From contig CAVPVK010000010.1 of the NCBI GenBank assembly GCA_963709175.1, positions 19,704-83,703 of the forward strand: a stretch of DNA of 64,000 nt, read 5' to 3'. Shown one piece after another: positions 42,301 to 56,218 of the stretch; position 1 is the stretch's first letter, and every line of letters starts with the position of its first letter. The position numbers and the translations under genes are program-made. The DNA is from an uncultured Planctomycetia bacterium. GTDB taxonomy: Bacteria > Planctomycetota > Planctomycetia > Pirellulales > Thermoguttaceae. The notes beneath the pieces were generated by a model. It saw only the letters and a list, made by a program, of their open reading frames with translations, searched no databases and was not told where the DNA came from.

Positions 42301-42317
42301 CCAAGAAGGCCGCCTGA
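39302..42317 (+). CDS. cheA: Chemotaxis histidine kinase CheA with two HPt domains, or an HPt protein (39302 to about 39820) plus CheA (39967-42317); at least 8 frameshifts as assembled
   Basis: HPt 1 is MSDLQASGQNELLDSLLGDFLDESDQLL..MFRAAHSLKGLSAMLG. HPt 2 is (MAEVRDEGG)..PQKYLSIFIDESEASLDALTSALLALENGG..MGTAHKIKGSAASIG. P3 is VRVDIDRLDHLMDLAGQLVINKAQ. HATPase is HLVRNSVDHGIE..IEVRDDGKGLD..GRGMGMDIVKSKI..GQGTTITIKLPLTLAI. P5 is GLAVDRVIGEEEVVIKSI..ILGDGRVSLILDI. Confidence 0.85.
39818..39960. repeat. Inverted arrays of GAGCGGG / CCGCTCC heptamers between the two HPt modules
   Basis: Left: gagcggg cagcggg gagcggg (39819-39839). Right: ccgctcc ccgctcc ctgctcc ccgctcc ccactcc cctcccc (39916-39957). 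The arms 39819-39861 and 39899-39935 are imperfectly complementary. Confidence 0.85.
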
Positions 42318-42349
42318 AATCACCTGAACGCTAAAGAGAAACGACTGCC

Positions 42350-43019
42350 ATGATCAAACCGCTAACTGCAAACGTCACCTGTCACTGGCCGGGCTGCACG
42401 AGCTGTTCGCCTCGGCCACGCACGACGCCTCGGCCGCCATGTGCCGCTGGACCGACGGGATCATCACCGTCACGCTCGACGAGGTCCGGCAAGTCGCGCT
42501 GGAAGAGGTCGGCCGTCGAACTGGCCGTCGGCGACGAGCCGCTGACCATGGTCGTCATGACGCTCGACGGCGAACTCGGCGGCAGCATCATCCTGATGTT
42601 CGACGACGCTCAACGGCCGGCAACTGGCCGCGTCGCTGCTTGGGCCGCGAGGCCGGCACGGAACCCGAGTGGAGCGAACTGGAGAAGTCGGCGCTGATGG
42701 AGACCGGCAACATCCTCGGCTGCGCCTACGTCAACGCGCTGACGCGCCTGGTCGGCATGGACCTGCGTCCTTCGCCGCCCTACTTCATCCAGGATTTCGG
42801 GGCCAGCGTCCTCGAGCAGGCCCTGATGACCCAGGCCGCGGCCGGCGACAGCCTGTTGCTCTGCGACATCGGCTTCCACCGCAACGGAGGAAAGCTCGAT
42901 TGGCGGGTCGTCTTCGTTCCCACGCCCGGACTGCAGGAGTCGCTCAGCGGTCGCTGCATGCGGCCCCGGCTACGACAGTCCCGGAACCTGCCAGAGCTGT
43001 GCGACTACTCGCGACATGA
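42350..43019 (+). CDS. cheC: CheC-family CheY-P phosphatase (about 3 frameshifts)
   Basis: Segments are HELFASATHDASAAMCRWTDGIITVTLDEVRQVALEEV, AVELAVGDEPLTMVVMTLDGELGGSIILMFDD and SELEKSALMETGNILGCAYVNALTRLVG. The stop overlaps the cheD start (ATGA at 43016-43019). Confidence 0.7.
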
Positions 43020-43503
43020 TCACCACGACAAACACGACAACCCTGGAAACGCTGGTCGGCATGGGACAGATCGCGGCCGGCGGGCCGCCGCAGAAAATGA
43101 GGGCGGTCGTCGGCTCCTGCATTGCCCTGGCGCTGTACCATCCCCGGCTCAAACGGGGCGTCATGGCCCACATCGTCCTGCCGGACTCGGCCGGACGCGA
43201 CGGCACGCCGGGCAAGTTCGCCGATACGGCGATTCCGCAGGATGCTGGAATTGCTCAAGGAGTCGGCGCGCCGGCCACTGCCTGACGGCCAAGCTCGCCG
43301 GCGGCGCCAACATGTTCGGCAGTTCCGGGCCCTTGCAGATCGGCGATGCCAACATCGAGGCCGTTGCCCAGGCCCTGCGGACCGCCGGCATTCGCATCGC
43401 GGCCCAGGACGTCGGCGGAAATCGCGGACGGCGCGTGACCTTCGAATGCGACAGCGGGGCGATGATCGTCGAATCGGCCGGCCAGCCCACGAAAACCCTG
43501 TGA
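43016..43503 (+). CDS. cheD: Chemoreceptor glutamine deamidase CheD (2 frameshifts)
   Basis: ETLVGMGQIAAGGPPQKMRAVVGSCIALALYHPRLKRGVMAHIVLPDS..GKFADTAIP, then a shift into LTAKLAGGANMFG..IGDANIEAVAQALRTAGIRIAAQDVGGNRGRRVTFECDSGAMIVES. Confidence 0.8.
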
Positions 43504-43585
43504 TATCGTTCAAGTATACCGGCACGCACAGCCAGTCTGCGGGAAGGTTCGAAAACCAGTGCTATGCTTCAGGAGGCTTTGAACA

Positions 43586-43957
43586 ATGCCACGCAGACTA
43601 TTAGTCGCCGATGACGCCATGATCATCCGGCAGATCATCAAGGACATGGCCGTCGTCGCCGGCTGGGAAGTGGTCGGCGAGGCCAGCAACGGCCAGGAGG
43701 CGATCGACCGTTACCGGGAACTGCACCCCGACGCCGTGACCCTGGACCTGGTCATGCCCGAACACGACGGCCTGCATGCCTTGCACGGCATCATGGAGTT
43801 CGATCCCGAGGCCAAGGTCCTCGTGGTCAGTGCCCTGGAGCAGCGCGGCGTGCTCAAGGATGCCATCAAGGCCGGCGCCGCCGACTTTGTCGCCAAGCCG
43901 TTCGACAAGAAGAGCCTCCAGGCGACCTTGGAACAATTGGTCCCCCAGCCCGTCTAA
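43586..43957 (+). CDS. cheY: CheY-like single-domain response regulator
   Basis: Intact 123 aa: RLLVADDAMIIRQIIKD..DAVTLDLVMPEHDG..KVLVVSAL..ADFVAKPF. Confidence 0.9.
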   Translation: MPRRLLVADDAMIIRQIIKDMAVVAGWEVVGEASNGQEAIDRYRELHPDAVTLDLVMPEHDGLHALHGIMEFDPEAKVLVVSALEQRGVLKDAIKAGAADFVAKPFDKKSLQATLEQLVPQPV

Positions 43958-43967
43958 AGAGAAAAAC

Positions 43968-44467
43968 ATGAATGTCGAGTACATCAATCCCTTCCTGACG
44001 TCGACGATTTCGGTCTTCGATACGATGCTGAACTGCAAGCTGGAGCGAGGCACGCCGTACCTCAAGAACGGAACCCAACCGCAGCACGAGGTCAGCGGCG
44101 TAATCGGGCTTTCGGGTAAGGCCTTGGGCACGGTCGTCCTGGGCCTTAGCCGCGAGGCGGCCATCTCCGCCACCGAGGTCCTGCTCCAGGAGCGGCCGGC
44201 CGAAATCAACGGCGACGTCACCGATGCCGTCGGCGAACTGGTGAACATCATCGCCGGCAACGCCAAGGCCAGCTTGGAGCACCTGGAGATGAGCGTGAGC
44301 CTGCCGACGGTGATCACGGGCAAGAACCACTGCGTCGAATTTCCCACGCGGGTCACGCCGATCAGCATCCCCTTCACCTCGCCTTGGGGTGAAATTACCG
44401 TGGACGTTGGCCTGTATGAACTCCCCAGCGGTACGGTCGCCGACGCGGAAATGGAACAGGTGACTGC

Positions 44468-44471
<4 letters not shown>
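43968..44471 (+). CDS. cheX: CheX-type chemotaxis phosphatase
   Basis: ATG at 43968: MNVEYINPFLTSTISVFDTMLNCKLERG..VSGVIGLSGKALGTVVLGLS..AVGELVNIIAGNAK. The stop overlaps the ATG of the following kinase. Confidence 0.8.
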
Positions 44472-48328
<3,857 letters not shown>

Positions 48329-48382
48329 CAACCTCAACCACTTTCGTCCCTCCTGGCCGGAGGGACCTACGGAGAAACACCA

Positions 48383-48820
48383 ATGCCGATCCTCGAGCAT
48401 AAAACGACGCTCTTACTGGTCGATGACGACCGCAGCATTGTCCGCTTGTTGTCGAAGGTCATCGATCGCAACTTCGGCGATCGCATCACCCTGCACTCCC
48501 TGGCCGAACCTCAGGACGCCCGTCAATGGATCGCCCAGAACCTGGTCGACATCCTCGTGACGGATCTGGAGATGCCGGGCGTCAGCGGCCTGGAATTGCT
48601 CCGCTGCGCCAAGCGGAAGAACCCTTGTGCCCAGGTACTGTTCATCACGGGGCATTCGACCGTCCAGTCACTCATGGACGCCTTGGAGCTTGGCGCGACC
48701 GACTACCTGCTCAAGCCGATCGACCAGACGGAACTGATCGATCTGGTGGGCGATGCGGAACGGCGCTTGCGGCGGTGGCGCGAGGCCCTGCTCGGCACCG
48801 TTCAGGGCGTCTGGGCCTGA
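48383..48820 (+). CDS. Single-domain response regulator
   Basis: Intact 145 aa: LLLVDDDRSIVRLL..DILVTDLEMPGVSGLELL..VLFITGH..TDYLLKP. Confidence 0.85.
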   Translation: MPILEHKTTLLLVDDDRSIVRLLSKVIDRNFGDRITLHSLAEPQDARQWIAQNLVDILVTDLEMPGVSGLELLRCAKRKNPCAQVLFITGHSTVQSLMDALELGATDYLLKPIDQTELIDLVGDAERRLRRWREALLGTVQGVWA

Positions 48821-49103
48821 GGGACGGGCCCAGGCAAACCCGTCGATCGCTGTCGGTGGAGCTCACGGGCTGCCGGCAGGTGCCGTCCGCAGAATTGCAA
48901 GCGATTTGCGATTTCTTGCCGCCGCCGGGGGGGGCCATACCCGTGCGCTGAAACGGGTGCCAATTATGCCGGGTTTGACGGTCATTGCAAGCCGCGTTGG
49001 CATGAGCTACACTTACTACGTCACGCGGTTGAGTGGTCACTCCTGACGCGATTGCAGGCCAACGTGCTATTGGCGTGCGTCATCAAGCAGCTTTTCTACT
49101 CTC

Positions 49104-49865
49104 ATGAATTCACTGGCAATCAGCGGCATCATCTTCGCCTGCGTCTGCGGCGGTGCGCTTTTGGGAATGGTTCTGCGGGCTGTCCTTCCCGCGCAACACC
49201 TGGGCAGCGAGGCCAAGGATGTCGTCAAGCTGGGAATGGGCCTGCTCGGCACCATGACGGCGATGGTGCTCGGACTGATGATCGCCTCAGCCAAGAGCAC
49301 CTTCGATACGCAGCGGACGGGGCTGGCACAACTGGCGGGAAACGTGATCATGCTGGACCGGATCCTTGAACATTACGGTCCGGAATCGAAGGACGCCCGC
49401 GAAATGCTCCGCGCCTCCGTGGCCGACATGATCGCCCGGACGTGGGCCGCCGAGAGTTCCGCAGCCGGTCAGACCGGAAGCGGCCGCACCGAAGGTCGCT
49501 ACGAGGGACTTTTCGAGAAGGTTGAGGCACTGGCGCCGAAGAACGACGCTCAGCGGGCGTGGCAGGCGCAGGCCCTCAAGCTCTGCACCGACATGGCGCA
49601 AATGCGGCTGGGTGTTGTTCGCCCAGAAGGGGAGTTCCATCCCCATGCCCTTCCTGTTAGTGATGGTTGCCTGGCTGGCCTTATTGTTCGCCAGTTTCAG
49701 CCTCTTTGCGCCTCCCAATCCAATCGTGATTGTCACTTTGTTGGTTTCATGCTGGCCGTGTCCAGCGCGATTTTCCTGATCCTGGAACTTGACCGGCCCT
49801 TCGCCGGCGTGATCCAGATTTCGAGCGAGCCCTTACGCGCCGCGCTAACGATACTCGGGCACTAG
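49104..49865 (+). CDS. DUF4239-like membrane protein (internal compensated frameshift pair, about 49605 and 49745)
   Basis: An N-terminal TM (MNSLAISGIIFACVCGGALLGMVL) is followed by DVVKLGMGLLGTMTAMVLGLMIASAKSTFD. The alternative frame between the two shifts gives the expected TM helices (IPMPFLLVMVAWLALLFASFSLFAPPNPIVIVTLL). The family call is from memory. Confidence 0.5.
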   Translation: MNSLAISGIIFACVCGGALLGMVLRAVLPAQHLGSEAKDVVKLGMGLLGTMTAMVLGLMIASAKSTFDTQRTGLAQLAGNVIMLDRILEHYGPESKDAREMLRASVADMIARTWAAESSAAGQTGSGRTEGRYEGLFEKVEALAPKNDAQRAWQAQALKLCTDMAQMRLGVVRPEGEFHPHALPVSDGCLAGLIVRQFQPLCASQSNRDCHFVGFMLAVSSAIFLILELDRPFAGVIQISSEPLRAALTILGH

Positions 49866-50023
49866 AGGGAAAACGGGCACTATTCGTGCCAAGCGCCGTC
49901 CGGTCCGTTCCGGCAAATGGTGCTGTCACTTTTTTCCCTAGGGTCGGACCCTCGCTGGCATGGTGTCCGGTGTATTGACAACGGCGAGACGGAATTGACA
50001 CTACTAACCGATAACCCCCCAGA

Positions 50024-52890
50024 ATGGAAGTAACTCCCGATGCGAAGACTCTCCACTCGCGACCTCGTCGTGGCGCTCTTGCTGGCGCTCTGGCGATTCC
50101 CGGCTGTGAATCGCCCAAGGCGGGTCCGGCACTCGCAAAACCGGCCAAGGCCCCCGATCAACCGGTCGTCCTCGAATATAGGGAAATTGATCTCATCCCC
50201 GGTGAGGAGAAAACGGTCAAGGTAAAGTCAGGGACGGCCAAATCGGCCAAGGCTGAGAAGGAATCGGGATTGGTCGCGCAGGCCGACAATGACTCGGTCA
50301 CGGTCGCCGCCACCAAGGACGCCCAGGTCGGCGATTGCAGGATTATCATCAAGAATGGCAAGGCCAAGGGCCTGCTCACGGTTCATGTGAAGGCCGCCAA
50401 TTCCGATACGGCCAAGCCGGGCGTGGCGGCAGCCACACAGGGCCCGGCCGCGCCAGTGGAGGTCACCGGCACACTTGGCGCACCCAACGCCACGACAACC
50501 ATCAGCGGGCAGCAACTTCCGGCACTCGACCCGAGTTTCGGCGGAGTAATCAAGGGTAACGCCTTGGAATCCAAGGCCTGGTGGGCCCCGCGGATCGTGC
50601 CGCCCAAGAAGGCGCCCAACGTACTGTTGATCATGACCGACGACGTGGGCTTCGCCGCCCCGAGCACCTTCGGCGGCGTGATCCCCACGCCGGCCCTGGA
50701 CCGCATCGCCAAGGCTGGACTCCGCTACACCCAGTTCCACTCCTGTGCTCTTTGTTCGCCGACGCGGGCCGCCTTGATCACTGGCCGCAATCACCACTCT
50801 GCGGGCTTCGGCGTGATCTCCGAGCAGTCCACCGGTTTCCCCGGCTACAACAGCATCATCGCCAAGGACAAGGCGACCATCGGCCGCATCCTCAAAGACA
50901 ACGGTTACGCCACCTCCTGGTTCGGCAAGGACCACAACACGCCCACGTTCACCGCGAGCCAAGTAGGGCCATTCGACCAGTGGCCCATTGGCATGGGCTT
51001 TGACTATTTCTACGGCTTCGTTGGCGGCGACTCCAGCCAGTGGCAGCCAAACCTCTTCCGCAATACCACCCAAATTTACCCCTACGTCGGCAAACCGGGC
51101 TGGAACCTCACCACCGCCGAGGCCGATGACGCTATCGACTGGCTGCACCGCATCGATCAAATTGATCCGTCCAAGCCATTCTTCTGCTACTACGTGCCGG
51201 GCGGCACGCATGCACCACACCACGCCACGCCGGAGTGGATCAAGAAGATCAGCGACATGCACCTTTTCGACGGTGGCTGGAACAAGCTCCGCGACACGAT
51301 CTTCGCCAACCAGAAGAAGCTCGGCGTGATCCCTCAGAACGCGAAGATGACGCCCTGGCCGGACAAGCTTTTGAAACAGTGGGACCAACTTACCGCCGAC
51401 GAGAAGAAGCTGTTCATCCGCCAGGTGGACGTGTACGCGGCCTACCTGGCCTACACCGACCACGAGATCGGCCGGGTGATCCAGGCCGTCGAGGACATGG
51501 GCGAGCTCGACAACACGCTCATCATCTACATCAGCGGCGACAACGGATCTAGCGCCGAAGGCACGCTGATCGGCACGCCCAACGAGGTCGCCCAGTTCAA
51601 TGGCGTGGAGATTCCGGTCGAGCGCAATTGAAATATTTCTACGATGTCTGGGGCTCGGACAAGACCTACAATCACATGGCCGTGGCGTGGACGTGGGCCT
51701 TCGACACGCCGTTCAGTTGGACGAAGCAAGTGGCCTCGCACTTCGGCGGCACGCGTCAAGGCATGTGCGTCTCCTGGCCAGGTCACATCAAGGACGTGGG
51801 CGGCATACGCAACCAGTTCCACCACATCATCGACGTGGTGCCGACGCTTCTGGAAGTCAGCGGGATTCCCGCGCCCAAGCAGGTGGACGGCATCCCGCAG
51901 TCGCCCATTGAAGGCGTGAGCTTCGCCTACACCTTCGACAAGGGCAGTGCCGACTCCCCATCGCACCACAAGACGCAGTACTTCGAGATGATGGGCGATC
52001 ACGCCATTTACCACGAAGGCTGGATCGCCAGCACCAAGGTCATCCGCCCGCCCTGGGAAGTTTTCGGAGCCGTCAATCCGGATCCGCTGAACAACTGCAC
52101 CTGGGAACTTTATGACCTGACCAAGGACTGGACCCAGGACGAGGACGTGGCGGCCAAGTATCCCGACAAGCTCACGGAGCTGAAGCAATTGTTTCTCGCG
52201 GAGGCCAAAAAGTTCCAGGTTTTGCCGTTGGACGCTTCCGTGGCGACGCGGATCGTCGCCCCGCGGCCGAACCTCACCGCCGGCCGCAGCGAATTCATCT
52301 ACACCCGGCCGATGACGGGCCTCCCGCAAGGCGATTCGCCCCTGCTTTTGAACTGCTCCTACAACATCGCGGCCGAGATCGATGTGCCGGAAGGCGGCGC
52401 GGAAGGCATGATCCTCACTTCCGGCGGGCGCTTCGGCGGTTACGGTTTCTACCTGCTCAAAGGCAAGCCGGTCTTCGTCTGGAACCTGGTCGACGTCAAG
52501 CGCCAACGCTGGGAAGGCAAGGAGCCGGTCTCGCCCGGCAAGCACACCGTGGAATTCAATTTCAAGTACGATGGCTTAGGCGCGGGTACGCTGGCGTTCA
52601 ACAGCATCAGCGGCCTGGGGCGGAGCGGCACCGGCACGCTCAAGGTGGACGGCAAAGAGATCGTCACCCAGAAGATGGAGTGGACGCTGCCGATCATTAT
52701 GCAGTGGGACGAGAGCTTTGACATCGGCTCCGACACGGGCACGCCGGTCTGCGACGAAGATTATCAATGTCCCTTCCCGTTGACGGCCAAATTCAACAAG
52801 CTGACGATCAAGGTCGATCGGCCGCAATTGTCGCCCGCCGACATCAAGAAGCTCGAGGAGGCCACGCGGAACAACAAGGCCAGCGAGTAG
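50024..52890 (+). CDS. Arylsulfatase (formylglycine-dependent sulfatase family) with an N-terminal lipoprotein signal and Ig-like extension; frameshift near 51620 and possibly near 50090
   Basis: NVLLIMTDDVGFAAPSTFGG..FHSCALCSPTRAALITGRNHH carries the C-x-P-x-R FGly motif. ORF 51628-52890 continues the sulfatase C-terminal domains (SHFGGTRQGMCVSWPGHI). An alternative start at ATG 50040 (MRRLSTRDLVVALLLAL) would join AIPGCES. Confidence 0.85.
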
Positions 52891-52995
52891 GATTTGATCC
52901 GTGAGCTAGAATAACTTTAACGACCACGAGGATTACCGTAGATTGCTGAATGCCAAGGATGGTTCAGTCCCACTTCCTTCCCGGAGCATTCCCCG

Positions 52996-54057
52996 ATGAT
53001 ACCAAGGTTTTTCAATTCTCTCGCTTTCCGCGCGGCGGCGATGGTATTTCTTGCCGGCCGTATTTTGGCCTGCCCGGCGGCCGCCGCCGATAAGTTTGAC
53101 AAATCCGACAAGACTGTCAAACCCGACACGCCGGCAACGAAACCGGCTCCCCTTCCCAAGACGATTTTACTGCCAATGGCAACGCCGGCCCCGTCATTGG
53201 CCGAGGCGGCAATCCGGGCCACGGCCAAGGAATACACCGCGGCGTTCGACCGCGGCGATGCCGCCGCTCTGGCCGCCATGTTCACCCCCGCTGCCTCGGT
53301 GGCGGACGACGAAGGTCAGATCCTTCACGGTCAGACCGCCATCCGCGACGAATACGCCCGGCTCTTCAAGGCTTATCCCGGGGCCAAGGTCGTGGTGGCC
53401 ATCAAGTCAGTGGAATTCCCCGCGCCGGAGATGGCCATTGAGGATGGCCTCACCCAGGTCTCGGCGGAGCAGGTTGGCCCGCCCGTGATTAGCCGCTATA
53501 CCGTCTGCCACGTGCTGATGAATGGCAAGTGGCTGATGGCCAGCGTTCGCGAGTCGCGGGTTCGCCTTGCCAGCAATCACTCGCGCGTGGAAGATCTCGA
53601 CTGGCTGGTCGGCACGTGGCGCGCCGAACGGGACGGCAAGAGTGCCGTTTCCAAGATCTACTGGATCGCCAACAAGAGCTTTCTCGCGCGGGACTACAAG
53701 GTCTCCGTCGATGGCATCCAGGTCTCTGGCGGCAGGCAGATCGTCGGCTGGGACCCGAACGCCGGCAAGCTCCGCTCATGGTCCTTCGACGCCTCGGGCG
53801 GATATGGCACAGGTCTCTGGACGCCCACGCCCGACGGCTGGCAGATCGAGACCACCGGGGTTCTCGCCGATGGCACGCCCACCTCGTCGCGCGACACGCT
53901 GATCCGGGTTCCCGGCGCCGACAACGTTTTCGGTTGGAAATCGGTGGCTCGCACCATGGGCGAGGTTTCCTTGTCCGACACGCCGGAAGTCGTATTCGAC
54001 CGCCTCGTTGAGAAGAGCGTTGAGAAGAGCGTTGAAAAGAACGTCAAGAAGAAGTAG
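52996..54057 (+). CDS. Secreted NTF2-like (SnoaL/DUF4440-type) two-domain protein
   Basis: Intact 353 aa with a signal peptide. AIRATAKEYTAAFDRGDAAALAAMFTP..GQTAIRDEYARLF is typical of SgcJ/EcaC-like NTF2 folds. The C-terminal tail has VEKS repeats. Confidence 0.55.
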   Translation: MIPRFFNSLAFRAAAMVFLAGRILACPAAAADKFDKSDKTVKPDTPATKPAPLPKTILLPMATPAPSLAEAAIRATAKEYTAAFDRGDAAALAAMFTPAASVADDEGQILHGQTAIRDEYARLFKAYPGAKVVVAIKSVEFPAPEMAIEDGLTQVSAEQVGPPVISRYTVCHVLMNGKWLMASVRESRVRLASNHSRVEDLDWLVGTWRAERDGKSAVSKIYWIANKSFLARDYKVSVDGIQVSGGRQIVGWDPNAGKLRSWSFDASGGYGTGLWTPTPDGWQIETTGVLADGTPTSSRDTLIRVPGADNVFGWKSVARTMGEVSLSDTPEVVFDRLVEKSVEKSVEKNVKKK

Positions 54058-54106
54058 CGTCGATATCGACTTCCCTTTGGCCTATTGATCTTGCGGAGAT
54101 ACTCAC

Positions 54107-55561
54107 ATGAACAAGTTCCTTGCGGCGGTTGTCTTCCTGGCGTTGGCGATCGGTTGTTTGCCGGCAGCCGTCTTTGCCCGCGGTTTCGGCGGATTTGGCG
54201 GCGGCGGCTTCCACGGCGGGGGGTTCAGCGCCGGGGGTTTCCACGCCGGCGGGTTCAATGCCGGCGGGTTTGATCGCGGCAGTTTCGGCGGCGCCAGTTT
54301 CGACCGCGGCAGTTTTGGCGGTGCCAGCTATGGTGGTTTCGATCGCGGCAGTTTCGGCGGTGCTAGCTACGGCGGTTTTGACCGCGGCGGCGATAGCTTC
54401 GGCACTGTTGACCGGGGCAGCCTCGGCGGCGCCACTTACGGCAGTTTCGACCGCGGTGCTGCCGGCGGATTTTCCGCGGGCGGCTACCGCGCGGCCGACT
54501 ATGGTGACTCCGTCAGCCGCGGCCAACTCAACGGTTTCCTCGGGCTGCCTACCGACGGCGGCTTCCACACGTCGGGGGGCTACACGGCCCGTGGCTACGA
54601 GGGTCCAGGCGGTACCGAGGTCGTCCACGGCGCGGCCGGCGTGCAAGGCGCGGCGGTCGGTCCCGGCGGGATGGCGGCCGGTGGTCGCTACGCCAGCGGC
54701 ACCGCCATCAAGACTCCCAACGGCAATGTCTATACCCATGAAACCACCGCCGGGCGCGGCGTGGCCGCCGGGCCCGACGGCGTCGCGGCTGGCCACTATG
54801 CCGCCTCGGGCACGGCCGTCAACGGCCAGAGGGTTGCCGGCCGCGGATACGCGGGCTACGGCACCCACGCCTGGTCGCCCACCTATCGCCATGCACAGGC
54901 CATGGGATGTTACGGCTGGGCCGCGGACCGCGGCATGTACTCGGGCGCCTGGTGCGCGAGGCATCCCTGGGCGTGGTACCCGGCGGCCTACTCTGCCGCC
55001 GATTGGGCCGCGGCGGTTTGGGCGCCGGTAGCCTGGGCCTCCCTCGACGGGTTCCTCGGATATGCCGACGCCCAGCCCTATAGTTACGATTACGGCGACG
55101 ACATCGTCTACCAGCACAACAGCGTCTACTATGGCGGCCAGTTGGCCGGCTCCGCCGACCAGTATTATCAGCAGGCCGCCACGCTGGCCGAATCGGCCAA
55201 CAACACCCCGGCAGTCAACGACCAGTGGTTGCCACTTGGTGTCTTCGGCCTCGTGGAGCCGGGCAAGCAGACGCCGACGATGATCTTCCAACTGGCCGTC
55301 GATAAGAACGGCGTAATTCGCGGCAACTACTTCGATCAGGTGACGCAAACCAACCAGCCCGTGACCGGGGCCGTTGACAAGAAGACCCAGCGGGTCGCCT
55401 GGCGGGTCGCCGGCGGCAAGGAGCTGGTGGTCGAAACCGGCCTTTACAACCTCACGATGAGCGACTCGACGGCCCTGGTCCATTACGGCGCGGACCGCAC
55501 CGAGCAGGAACTTCTCGTACGGATGCAGCAGCCGCCGGCGGACCAGACGGCCGCCGAATGA
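54107..55561 (+). CDS. Secreted glycine-rich repeat protein with a conserved globular C-terminal domain, function unknown
   Basis: Intact 484 aa with a signal peptide (MNKFLAAVVFLALAIGCLPAAVFA). Tandem GGF(H/D)(A/R)G(G/S)F(G/N).. and GGFDRGSFGGASY repeats fill 54180-54480. The C-terminal about 150 aa are not repetitive (WLPLGVFGLVEPGKQTPTMIFQLAVDKNGVIRGNYFD). Confidence 0.6.
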   Translation: MNKFLAAVVFLALAIGCLPAAVFARGFGGFGGGGFHGGGFSAGGFHAGGFNAGGFDRGSFGGASFDRGSFGGASYGGFDRGSFGGASYGGFDRGGDSFGTVDRGSLGGATYGSFDRGAAGGFSAGGYRAADYGDSVSRGQLNGFLGLPTDGGFHTSGGYTARGYEGPGGTEVVHGAAGVQGAAVGPGGMAAGGRYASGTAIKTPNGNVYTHETTAGRGVAAGPDGVAAGHYAASGTAVNGQRVAGRGYAGYGTHAWSPTYRHAQAMGCYGWAADRGMYSGAWCARHPWAWYPAAYSAADWAAAVWAPVAWASLDGFLGYADAQPYSYDYGDDIVYQHNSVYYGGQLAGSADQYYQQAATLAESANNTPAVNDQWLPLGVFGLVEPGKQTPTMIFQLAVDKNGVIRGNYFDQVTQTNQPVTGAVDKKTQRVAWRVAGGKELVVETGLYNLTMSDSTALVHYGADRTEQELLVRMQQPPADQTAAE

Positions 55562-55607
55562 TCTTCGACTGTGGGTTCAATTTCAACCATTACGAAAGGA
55601 CATAGCC

Positions 55608-56207
55608 ATGACCAACGAACCGCAAATCTCTTCGCCTGTCTCGCCCGTTCCGACGGCCGCGCTGATCGTCCGACACGAGTTGCACCACGCCCGCAACCAC
55701 TGGTGGTGGTTCCTGCTGTTGGGGGTCGTGCTCGTGATCTGCGGCACAGCCTCCTTGGTGTATCCGCTTCTCGCCAGCCTGGCAGCGGTCACTTTTCTCT
55801 CGGTCATGCTGCTGGTGGCGGGTGTGACCACGCTCGTTGGCTCATTCTGGATCGGATAGTGGAGCGGCTTCTTGCTCAACGTGCTGGTGGGGTTGCTCTA
55901 TCTGGCCGGTGGCTTCGTCGCCTCTGAAAAGCCGGTCTTCACGGCCGTCGCAGTCACGGTCTACCTGGCCGTCTCGTTCATGGTCATGGGCATCTTCCGC
56001 GTCCTGGCAGCGCTGGCCATGCGCCATGCGCAATGGGGTTGGACGCTATTGAACGGCTGCGTGACCTTCCTCGTCGGCCTCGTAATCTATCGCCAACTGC
56101 CGTTTGACGCCATTTGGGTGATCGGCTTGCTGGTGGGTTTGGAACTCCTTTTCGCCGGCTGGACCTGGGTCATGCTATCCCTTGCGATCCGCCGCATCCC
56201 GGCGTAG
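55608..56207 (+). pseudogene. hdeD: HdeD/DUF308-family membrane protein interrupted by one in-frame TAG (55857-55859)
   Basis: ORFs 55608-55859 and 55872-56207 are in the same frame. The joined sequence ..VTTLVGSFWIG*WSGFLLNVLVGLLYLAGGF.. has the repeated TM hairpins of DUF308. Confidence 0.7.
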
Positions 56208-56218
56208 GCGAGCGGGCA

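Noticed and set aside
32700-43503. Programmed ribosomal frameshifting as an explanation for the many frame changes in the che genes.
   Set aside because: There are far too many sites, in both directions, without slippery heptamers or downstream pseudoknots. The inspected sites are 1-nt length changes in short C/G runs, which is consistent with indels (technical or mutational).
55857-55859. Pyrrolysine (TAG) recoding in hdeD, and selenocysteine (TGA) recoding in the mvh/hdr genes.
   Set aside because: No pyl genes, and no context supporting Pyl, are visible. The mvhA, mvhG, mvhD and hdrA ORFs are uninterrupted and use Cys at the positions that are Sec in the Vhu/selenoprotein versions.
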